Below are positions 53,287 through 64,000 of a stretch of DNA of 64,000 nucleotides, piece by piece. The DNA is taken from contig NC_088859.1 in assembly GCF_963853765.1 (NCBI RefSeq), positions 49,476,001-49,540,000 on the forward strand. The letters run 5' to 3'. The notes beneath the pieces are model-generated. The model did not search any database, was not told the DNA's origin, and saw only the letters and a list, made by a program, of their open reading frames with translations. Source of the stretch: Magallana gigas. Lineage: Eukaryota. A program made the position numbers and the translations under genes. The first letter of the stretch is position 1. Each line of letters opens with the position of its first letter.

Positions 53287-54546
53287 ATGGAGGTGGTCAA
53301 CCGTCTTCTGACGGAATCTCTCTCAGATTATCTGAAGAATTTGCCGGTTCCAAAGTCTTTATTTGGTTTTGCACGTTTATCAGGTATAACAACTGTTGTT
53401 GCAATTTAAGTGTAAGACATTGGATAAGAGAGACACCTTTAAAATTAGGATCACGCCGCAGTCTTACATTTGTGGTTGTTATTTACTTTGTGATCGTAGG
53501 TCATTTCAAAACAGCTTTTTAATTTCTTCAACTCCATGTGCCTTACGTTTGATTGCGCATGTAAATAAGGGTACACAGCCCAGTCTCCCTTTTTATGTTG
53601 CATCTTTGCATCGCCTGACGCAATGGGGATTGTAAAGTCATTATGTAGAACGCGAAGTGTGTCCTGATGGCAGCAATCCAGAAAAACCCGAGGGTTAGCG
53701 GACTTTCATGACATAAGAAGCTCCGTATAAATAAACGGCGATATGACAATTATCCATAACAAAATACTATATATGCCTAATTTTGTAAGTTTAGAAATGT
53801 TTTTTTTTAATTTAATGGTTTCAATATTATGTGCAATAATGTCAGTATATTCATATCCAATCATTTTTGCTATAATAAACGCAAAGAAACTGGTATAGGT
53901 ACTGTATTTCAGTATTATTACATTTCAAGGAAAATGTTTGTCAGATTTTCCTGGAAAACAATTAATTCAGGTCAATTATGTTCCTGATTTAAATAGTTTT
54001 TTTTAATCCAATGAAGTAATTGAAATGGCTCTTTAATTTTCAGTCACAGAATGGGCATCCCTTGTGCCATTTGTGGGAGCTGTCTCACTTATAGTTTACA
54101 TGAGTGTGCAGACATTCAAACCTAAACCACCACCTCAGAAATCCCCAGTTAACCTGAAAATTCAGAAAGAGACCCCTAAAGTGGTTAACATGGTGGACAT
54201 TGAAGATCTGGGTGAGAAGGTCACCTATTGCAGGTGTTGGCGATCAAAGAAGGTAGAGAAGACAGATTATATCATAAACCAATGTTCATAGTTGTTAAAA
54301 AGGAATTAGCTTCTATTACTCCTTTGAAACTGGAAATAAGTTTTTCTCTCTCAACATTGAAACGACAGTTCTGATGATTATGGTAATACTATGAAGATTT
54401 AAGAGAAAACTTGATTTTGTTGTCCCTGAGTTACCCCCCTTATTTTTTCCCTTTTCCAGTTCCCCCTGTGTGATGGCAGCCACAACAAGCACAATGAGGA
54501 GACCGGGGACAATGTAGGCCCCCTGGTGCTGAAGAGGAAGAGCTAA
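53287..54546 (+). CDS. CISD2: CDGSH iron-sulfur domain protein (CISD2/Miner1-like NEET protein), 130 aa, 3 exons
   Basis: Exons 53287-53383, 54044-54252, 54460-54546. [19 protein letters not shown]-terminus, hydrophobic helix, [35 protein letters not shown]. Confidence 0.95.
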
Positions 54547-54703
54547 GACACCCAACAAAGGGCCACAACTTGCAGTGTGTGAGGTCATCTGATTGTTGTG
54601 TACCGGTACTTTGCAGACATTATCCAGATCTAATTCTCAGTTTGTGTGGATGTGTGACAGGGTGGGTTATCTGCCTCAGAAGTTTTGTATTTTTTTTCTT
54701 TTA

Positions 54704-54709
54704 AATAAA
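54704..54709 (+). other. Candidate CISD2 polyadenylation signal
   Basis: AATAAA about 160 nt after the stop codon. Confidence 0.55.
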
Positions 54710-54907
54710 AATGACCAAAATTTGTACTTTTGCAGTGCATTGTTACTGAAGTCATCAGTTATATTTATATAAAATAAAAGTTTTAAATTTAATTATCTTG
54801 TTTACCAGTACATCTTTAAAGAAAATGTGCAGAGGAGTTCAGTACTTTAAAGAACTAGTGCATGATATTATCACATATGTTCCATAACATTAATATCTTA
54901 ACATTAA

Positions 54908-55520
54908 AGCTGCTTGGTCCGATTTTATATCAAATTTTATGCATGCTTTTAAACGATGGCTATGCTTAGTATATGTATAATAATAGACATTGCAGTAGTT
55001 TTACCCGTCAATTATGCCAAATTTCAATTAAGAAAAATACGTACAAAATTTGCTAACAAAACAAACGACATTAAAAGGTACCGCGTTATTTCGCCTCATG
55101 TTAAATTTCACCCCTGACGACGAGACGGGTATGGTTGTATTACGATTTTGACATCGCTTTAAATAAAGGTCGAAATGATCAGACAAATTACAAATAAACA
55201 TGTGTACGTTTTGTTCGCTAATATTTCTGAAGTTTGCTTTCTTTACAATCGATGCATAGCATGCGGGTTGAATAACCCCAATCATTCGGGGGACGAAACC
55301 AAGCAGTTTCCTTTTCTAAACATTCCCGTGATGCATTTTGGTTTGTTTTTTCGTTTGCCCAAAGAGAAATTATCTTTATTTACTTTGAATATTTCTAACT
55401 TTGAAAGGAGACTGATTCTGCTGGTGTAAATAGAAGAAAGTCCATAACTTTCTAAGATAAATGATTTGTATGAAAAAAATGTTGATACTGTAATTACTAA
55501 AAAAATCGGACCAAGCAGCT
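54908..55520. mobile_element. 613-bp TTAA-flanked non-autonomous DNA transposon (Kolobok-like ends)
   Basis: Perfect 19-bp TIR AGCTGCTTGGTCCGATTTT; TTAA at 54904-54907 and 55521-55524. Confidence 0.85.
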
Positions 55521-57335
55521 TTAAACATTGGCATTTCTAAAACTGACTTAGCAATGTTCTATCTAGCCTGATCTTTCCATTGGTTTGATGTATTATTGTT
55601 TTCCTTTTACCGTTCAATGAATTTCAACTGTACAGTGTGCCAATTTCAATATAAGCTTTGGCCAAACTAAACTCTATTAAGGTCCTACAATGTATTTCTG
55701 TTTAGCTTTGTCACTGGATCTCTTGTGTAATGATTGAATGATAAAGTGCTTTAAAATATTCTGCAACTTTTGATTATACCCATTGTTCAATATTAATAAA
55801 GTAAAAAGATTTTCATTATAAAGGAAGTTTATACCAACATTTTTTTTTTTTTTAGAAAGATTATCTTTTTAATATAGCAGTATACCGGTATTAAAATTTT
55901 TCTTCTATTTGAAAAAAAATAGATCAATTATTAATTGGAGATTGTGTTAAGCTAAGGATATTTGTACATTTTTGGATTTGGTAAGATCAGGTGGGACACT
56001 GCATTAAATAACCAAGGTGCTGGTACTGGTATCTTCAGAGCACCATGAAAGGTATTGTTTTTAGAATATTGGTTTGCAGTAAAAAAAAAATTCTTTATGA
56101 TAATACGGCATGTGACTTGATCCTTTATGATTAATAAGACAGAGACAAAGCAATGAATTCCATCAAAAAACGTGCTGTACCATATACTATATAGAAAACC
56201 AGTTTTTGTACAGGGTAACCAATATAAGAGCAGCAGCATTTTTAAAAAGAACATTTAACATAGGTTTATAACTGTAGTTATCTCCCTTTTCTTTGCTCTG
56301 CACAGAACAAACTTTTATAAATACTGGTGCATTAAATGCAAGGAAAAAATCAATTGCCACAAGTATAGATTGTTGAGTTTGATTTTCAGCTTGTATACCG
56401 GTACGTTACAAGCCTTGCTAATACTAAAAAAAAATAGCAGATTTGCCACTTGCATGCTTTTCACAAACTTTTAAATAATTTGTTATTACGGTTTATTTCC
56501 CCATAAAATGATCATTTAAATATAATTGTCTAAACACGTAACCAATGTTGAATACTTCATGTTTCAGTAAGAGAAGAAAAAATGGATTTCATAAATCCTA
56601 AATCTTTAAAATTAATGTAAAATCTTCTGTGTACCGATCGATTAAAAAATGGGGGGGGGGGGTCTATGGAGATTGAGGATTTGTGTAAAAGTTTATAATC
56701 AAAAGATGGTGGAGTCGGCTACTTTAAATCACAAGTAGGGCCTGCTGCACTGTATCAACAGGAACGGCCGGGAAAGTAAAAAGTTGAATACATGTCTTTG
56801 TTATCAAACTCCAACACTGCAAAACTCAGCTTGCACTATCTACACTGTATATTGTAACAAACAAAACGTGTCCAGTGAAGTGATTAATACGGGTATTGAA
56901 TGCCGGGTGTGCTTCTGAAATTAGATTCGCTACATGATTTTATTGAATGGAAATACGAGCAATGCTGTCTTGCTTTAATTGTTTAATAGTTTCATTTTCT
57001 TTTATCTAACAATGCATATGTTACTTAAAACTTGCTAACATCTGTTTTAGCTTCTGACAAAAATTTGTATACCATAAAATCCTAGAATGGTATAAATATC
57101 ATTCTCCATAAGTCGTCGAACGTACTTCAATGAATATTGATACAATGCACGGCACAAAACTCGATGTCTTATATATTATTTGTACTGCAGTTTATTGACT
57201 TAAAATGGATAACAAACAGAAAATGAATATTGCGATCCTAGGTACAATTAATTTAGTTTACTAATTAAAATGTCGAACCTCGAGACCTTCAAATTCAAAG
57301 ATGATTTTAAATACAGACATATGTACCCCCCCCCC

Positions 57336-57337
<2 letters not shown>

Positions 57338-57392
<55 letters not shown>
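57338..57392. repeat. (CT)n microsatellite
   Basis: Direct reading. Confidence 0.95.
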
Positions 57393-57396
<4 letters not shown>

Positions 57397-57428
57397 ATTT
57401 ATGCAGTTTTTTAAATGTTAATTTTTAA

Positions 57429-58310
57429 GGCGTCGAGCTAATGCTCGGCAGCCTTCTAGCGATCGTCTGGATTGGCAATCGTCCAAAAATTCATGCACTG
57501 CACCGCCTTTTTGATGCGCATAAAAAAATAAGTTCCTTGAAGTATTAAACGTATTACAAGATTTGTATTCCTTTTATTCAACTAAATTGTGTACAAGAAA
57601 CCCAACTTTGCCTCCCTGGTTATTGACAACTCATTGCATTAGTATAAATTTGCTTAATCAAGAAATGGCGGATGAATACAATAAGGTGAAATGTAAACAT
57701 TCACTAAAATATTATTTAAGTTTATCGCTTACATTTTGATTGGATACTGTGCCCGATAGAAATAAAATTTGATATGTAAATGTATTTGTTATCGGGCATG
57801 GTCTTCAAAATAATTGTAAGCGATAAACTTATCTAGAGATTTTGTTGCAATTAATAAACACGATAATGCAGTTGGTTTGGTCGAGCATTTTAGATAACAC
57901 GTGTTGTGGATTTGTTTGTAAACAACCATAGCATAGGTAATCTTGTTTCAAACGGGAATTGAAATAAATAAAAGTATGTTTTATTATTATAATTAGGGAC
58001 ACACTGTTAATGTATTCAAATTATGAGCCTGTGAAATGTGCAAAGACTTTTTAAAGCAGAAAGAAAATAATAATTTTTTTTTAACTTTGAAATTTCTTCG
58101 ATTTTTGTAACCATGATAAGTTATTGTATTATAAACTCATCACTACATATTTTATAACGAAATATACTGATTATTGTTTTTGAAACAGCACAAAACGTAA
58201 TTCATTTCCTTGTTTATTCTAATATTATTTGATAAACGACTATATATATTAGTACAGAATTTCAAATTATTGATATCATTCTATATAAAAGAAAATGTCA
58301 GCTTGACGCC
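57429..58310. mobile_element. ~880-bp decayed DNA element with short TIRs and an internal hairpin
   Basis: GGCGTCGAGCT and AGCTTGACGCC ends, left TTAA; internal inverted arms TAAGTTTATCGCTTACA and TGTAAGCGATAAACTTA at ~57717-57830. Confidence 0.5.
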
Positions 58311-58448
58311 TTTGTGGCCGTTCCGGCCTTTGATTTTAAGCTTGTGAATTAACTGGGTTAATTCTGGATGTTCCATTAATTTTCTCGGGGGAGTGAACAT
58401 TTGATGTTTATATAACTGCGTGGTTTCCCACTCAATCTGACTAAAGCG

Positions 58449-60646
58449 CAGATCTCTCTATTACGCTATCGTATCAGACCTGCACAGACCTCTAATACGC
58501 TATCGGATCAGATCTGCACGGACCTCTAATACGCTATCGTATCAGACATGCACAGACCTCTAATACGCTTTCGTAACAGATCTGCACAAACCTCTAATAC
58601 GCTATCGTAACAGATCTGCATGGACCTCTAATACGCTATCGTAACAGACCTGCACAGACCTCTAATACGCTTTCGTAACAGACCTGCACAAACCTCTAAT
58701 ACGCTATCGTTACAGATCTGCACGGACCTCTAATACGCTATCGGAACATACCTGCACAGACCTCTAATACGCTATCATAACAGACCTGCACATACCTCTA
58801 ATACGCTTTCGTAACAGATCTGCACGGACCTCTAATACGCTATCGGAACAGATCTGCACGGACCTCTAATACGCTATCGTATCAGACCTGCACATACCTC
58901 TAATACGCTATCGTAACAGATCTGCACATACCTCTAATACGCTATCGTAACAGATCTGCACAGACCTCTTATACGCTATCGTAACAGATCTACACGGACC
59001 TCTAATACGCTATCGGAACATACCTGCACATACCTCTAATACGCTATCATAACAGACCTGCACATACCTCTAATACGCTATCGTAACAGATCTGCACATA
59101 CCTCTAATACGCTATCGTAACAGATCTGCACGGACCTCTAATACGCTATCGTAACAGATCTACACGGACCTCTAATACGCTATCGGAACATACCTGCACA
59201 GACCTCTAATACGCTATCATAACAGACCTGCACATACCTCTAATTACGCTATTAATACAGACCTCTAATACGCTATCATAACAGACCTGCACAAACCTCT
59301 AATACGCTATCGTAACAGATCTACACGGACCTCTAATACGCTATCGGAACATACCTGCACAGACCTCTAATACGCTATCATAACAGACCTGCACATACCT
59401 CTAATTACGCTATTAATACAGACCTCTAATGCGCTATCATAACAGACCTGCACAAACCTCTAATACGCTATCGTAACAGACCTGCACAGACCTCTAATAC
59501 GCTATCCTAACAGATCTACACGGACCTCTAATACGCTATCGGAACATACCTGCACAGACCTCTAATACGCTATCATAACAGACCTGCACATACCTCTAAT
59601 ACGCTTTCGTAACAGATCTGCACGGATCTCTAATACGCTATCGTAACAGATCTGCACGGACCTCTAATACGCTATCGGATCAGACCTGCACATACCTCTT
59701 ATACGCTATCGTAACAGATCTGCACATACCTCTAATACGCTATCGTAACAGATCTACACGGACCTCTAATACGCTATCAGAACATACCTGCACAGACCTC
59801 TAATACGCTATCATAACAGACCTCTAATACGTTATCATAACAGATCTGCACAGACCTCTAATACGCTATCGTAACAGATCTGCACGAACCTCTAATACGC
59901 TATCGGAACAGATCTACACGGACCTCTAATACGCTATCATAACAGACCTGCACAGACCTCTAATACGCTATCATAACAGACCTGCACATACTTCTAATAC
60001 GCTATCATAACAGACCTGCACAAACCTCTAATACGCTATCATAACAGACCTGCACAGACCTCTAATACACTATCGTAACAGACCTGCACAGACCTCTAAT
60101 ACGCTTTCGTAACAGACCTGCACAAACCTCTAATACGCTATCGTAACGGATCTGCACGGACCTCTAATACGCTATCGTAACAGACCTGCACAAACCTCTA
60201 ATACGCTATCGTAACAGATCTGCACGAACCTCTAATACGCTATCGGAACATACCTGCACAGACCTCTAATACGCTATCATAACAGACCTGCACATACCTC
60301 TAATACGCTTTCGTAACAGATCTGCACGGACCTCTAATACGCTATCGTAACAGATCTACACGGACCTCTAATACGCTATCGGAACATACCTGCACAGACC
60401 TCTAATACGCTATCATAACAGACCTGCACATACTTCTAATACGCTATCATAACAGACCTGCACAAACCTCTAATACGCTATCGTAACAGACCTGCACAGA
60501 CCTCTAATACGCTATCGTAACAGATCTGCACGGACCTCTAATACGCTATCGGATCAGACCTGCACATACCTCTAATACGCTATCATAACAGACATGGACA
60601 TACCTCTAATTACGCTATCGATACAGACCTCTATTACGCTATCGTA
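58449..60646. repeat. 34-bp minisatellite, about 65 units, bracketed by inverted repeats
   Basis: Unit CAGACCTGCACAGACCTCTAATACGCTATCGTAA with point variants; 25-bp imperfect IRs at 58433-58457 and 60650-60674. Confidence 0.95.
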
Positions 60647-61348
60647 ATTAGAGTTCTGTGCTTTGATCAGATTGCTTCCCGCCTCACTTATTTAGTTCAT
60701 CTTCGTAGAAAAAGAATTTTATATTGAAGCTTCGATTATACCCGATCGAATGATACAACATTGCCAACAGAATACTGATTGGCAATGTTTTGCACTTGGG
60801 ATAATTTTTAGTGAACTTCCTCGGGCTGTTTTTATTGCTGAAGTTGCTATAGACAACAAGAAACATGGTTTGCGTTATCGATTTATTCAAGTGCATAAAA
60901 TATAAACATGATTAAACCTCTCCTTCAGTCTAACATTTAAAATTCGCACTTGACAAATACAGAACAAAGAAACTTTATTGCAGGAATTTTATAAAGAACA
61001 AATCTTAGAATTTGTAATAATTTAAATTGACTTACTTCGTAAACATATATTTCAACGGAACAAACTGCAAAGAATGTCGAGTTTAAACACACCTATTGCA
61101 CGATAAGTTAAATTTATTGCTAGATGGACAATAAATATTGTTAAGAACATTCAAATATCGGACTTAATTGTATAAGATATTCAATGCAGATTTTAAAGGA
61201 CGGAAACTACATTCAAAGACACTCAAAAGTTCAACTCGATGAATAGTATAAAATGGATGCATATATATACACACAGCGTCTATAACAATTCACATGACAA
61301 ATAAATAGATTTATGGTGCGTGTTGCGGAGATCCGTTTCTATCCGTTC

Positions 61349-62183
61349 CTACTTTTTGTCGAACGTGCCCTGGCCCTTGTAGTTCCCCACGTATCCGGTG
61401 TTTTCCGCCTTGTCCGAGCGGCCGGCCGCGCCCTTACCCTTCCCAGAGTCGTCAAACCGCTCCTTGTGGGCCCCGGTGTACTTGGAAGCGTCCGTCATCT
61501 TGTCAACTCCGCCGGTCTTGGAAATCGCCTAAACCAACAGAAAAACGTAAAAGGGTCTTTATAAAATGACATTGGAAAATGTTTTAAGATCAGCAAAATT
61601 TGAGAAGCATTTAAAAACCCTTCAATTGAACTGCTTGATTGTTCAAGCAGATACTTAAAATTTCGATAAATTTAAGTGTTTGCTTTGTGTTTTAAAGTTT
61701 TGTCATTTACCGTCTTTTTGATTCCAAGGTCAGAGGCGATGACTTTATCAGCCAAAAATTTCTCGTGTTTCTTGAACTCTTTGGTTTTCTTGGTGACGTC
61801 ATCGTACTGAATTGAAGCCTCCGCAATGAATTTCTGAACTTGCTCTTTGTTGTCCAGATTGATGCTCCTGGATAACAACAATTAATAAATAATTCTATAT
61901 AAATATATTTTTTTTTTAAACAGCAGGCGGAAATATCGATTTTTATGGTACTAATAATTAAAGTATCTATTGGTCTTCAAAAAATATTTAGACAATAAGT
62001 TGAAAACTTCAAATGCATCATTTCATAAACATTTATTTATCACTGTAAACAACAATGAACTAAGTTTGCTCAATATACACTAATGAGTTTAAATGCCAGC
62101 CAGTGAACGGACACATTCTATTTTGAATACGATTAACAATACGGGGTCCACACAGACCTGTTCGGTATTGGGATTGATACATA

Positions 62184-62252
<69 letters not shown>

Positions 62253-62607
62253 CATTGTTGGGAATCCAAGACCAGTATAGCATGCAATACCGGCGATGGG
62301 TTTCGGACGATGACCAACTCTACGGTCTCATTCTGTCGCCGAATAACTGGCAATCAATTTCACACAAAATTGGACACGATCTTGAAATAAACATATAACA
62401 GGACAACACTAACTTGGTGGTTTTGTCCATCACTTTGGGGAACACACTGGAATCGATCCTCGGCTGCAGCGCCTTGGGCCAGCATTCCTTGGCCAGCTTG
62501 CCCACTGTCTTGCTGTCCATCTTGGAGGCATTCTTGGTCTGTGTCAGAGCAAACGCCTTCATCTTCTCTACCAGAGCATCGTAGTCGTAATCATCGGAGG
62601 AAGCCAT
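61349..62607 (-). CDS. TPPP: Tubulin polymerization-promoting protein (TPPP/p25alpha family), 176 aa, 3 coding exons
   Basis: Exons 62607-62414, 61867-61711, 61528-61349; C-terminal [41 protein letters not shown] signature. Probable non-coding exon donor at 62716-62715. Confidence 0.93.
62182..62248. repeat. (CT)n microsatellite in a TPPP intron
   Basis: Direct reading. Confidence 0.95.
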
Positions 62608-64000
62608 CGTAGAAGTTTGAGGTAGGCTGAAATTCAGAAAAACCAGAAAATTGGCGTCCCAGCATTCGATATAAAACAAAATATCTTGAGATTAAAAAAC
62701 AAATGATAATGCTTACCCTTTAAATGCAGACTATAGACTACTGCGCTGCTATCCTAGACGTAGCTGTGCTGTCACCAGTGTAAACAAGGCGCCCGGATCT
62801 TCCCAGGGAATGGTTACGGGTTTGTGCTCCGCTCGATCGATCAATAGCGAGCTATTCGACGACGTTCTTTGGAGGAGAAAGGGCTTTAAATCAAGATTTC
62901 TCACCGGAATAAACATGTTCAATCCAGGTTATATAGGTAATAAGTAAACATGCCATACCGTTTAAACCCAAAATTTGGGGGATTATATGTTTCAAGATTA
63001 TATAAAGGGGGAGCTAGAGACTCGGAGTTTGCAAAGAGCTGGAATTGTATGGAAGCAAAATCCATGTACAGGCATGGGCTGTATATAGACTGGACTGTGT
63101 GTTTTAATCAATGATATCAATAATATAACTTATTTATATTCATATACTTGTGTATATTATTGGGTTGGGAGTGTATTAGCAGATTAATAAGCTAAAAGTG
63201 GTCAAGTTATGTCGAGCATTTAAAAGTCAGGTCAGTTTGACCAAAATAACCATTTATAGGACACTTCGGTAAATTAAAGAGATGAAAATATTAAGAAGTG
63301 GGAGTTAATTTTTCTTCTTCGTTTATAATATAAAATAATCCCTCTGAACAATACTGTACCAATCTGATATAGAAATTAATCAAAAATAGCATTTGGGGTA
63401 TACTTTTTCCCACAATTTTAACAGATTTCATAAAAATAATTTTAAAAAAGTGCGTGCAAATGTGTGCTCAATTCAACATACATTCGGGACAACCCTTTAT
63501 CAAAAAGAAATCGACATGAAATGACACGAAACGACATGTAACCAAATGCGACGAAATGTGAAACTGAATTATTCATTTCATTTTTTACTCAAAAGAAATG
63601 AATTTGAATGAGTTTAAAATTTCACATCAGTTATCAACGTGAACAGTGAATATCAGAACACTTTTTTTAAGCGTTAGCCTGATGAATACGCCCGATTACT
63701 CCCGAAAGATGCTACATGGGCGTACAGTACCAATGCTACTGTTTCTGGGGCTAAAGGGTTTTGATGAACAAAAAATATATAACTGTTTAGTAATGAACAT
63801 GTGTTAAAGTTTTTAAATGGTAGGGAGAAGAAGCAGTCGTTAAAGTATATTCTATCGTTTTGTTTCGTTGTGTTTTTATTCGTTTGCGAATGTTTCTCCT
63901 AATACGTGCAGAAAATTGGCACCAATGCGACAAGGATTATATGACACAAACAACAAAACCAAAGTTGTTTGATTTGACCGATCTTATAAGTGCCGTGTTG

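Noticed and set aside
57665-57691. ATG GCG GAT GAA TAC AAT AAG|GTGAAA, resembling a first coding exon
   Set aside because: Lies inside a TIR-bounded decayed element, and no downstream exons were found.
58449-60646. CRISPR-like periodicity of the 34-bp array
   Set aside because: No unique spacers, no cas genes, eukaryotic context; it is a minisatellite.
62060-62398. ORFs in the first coding intron of TPPP
   Set aside because: Held open by the (CT)n microsatellite; no in-frame exon that preserves the TPPP reading frame.
63673-63757. Hammerhead-ribozyme-like CTGATGA...GAAA
   Set aside because: Stem II does not close between the two core motifs (TACGCCC pairs beyond GAAA); better explained as a small hairpin repeat remnant.

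Overview
AT-rich, intron-containing animal DNA. The repeat landscape and protein sequences suggest an oyster-like bivalve (inference). By reading splice sites and checking exon phases I reconstructed six complete genes and one partial gene. In order: first coding exon of a cGMP-dependent protein kinase (-, continues off the left edge), NTAN1 (-, 10 exons), RPSA (+), U2AF2/U2AF65 (+, 12 exons), a strongly diverged UBE2D-type E2 (-, 6 exons), a CISD2-like CDGSH protein (+, 3 exons) and a TPPP/p25alpha protein (-, 3 exons). Introns and intergenic DNA carry many minisatellites and short non-autonomous DNA elements. I found no CRISPR array, rRNA, intact tRNA or autonomous transposon. Four observations stand out. 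(1) Three NTAN1 introns begin with tandem repeats built from their own exon/intron junction, which multiplies 5' splice sites. (2) U2AF2 and NTAN1 contain candidate stop-codon (poison) cassette exons. (3) The UBE2D-like E2 lies head-to-head with CISD2, as human UBE2D3/CISD2 do, yet has Asn in place of the D117-equivalent catalytic residue. (4) Divergent splice donors at the RPSA promoter and inside CISD2 intron 1 suggest unannotated bidirectional transcription. All homology calls are by eye from remembered sequences; no searches were run.
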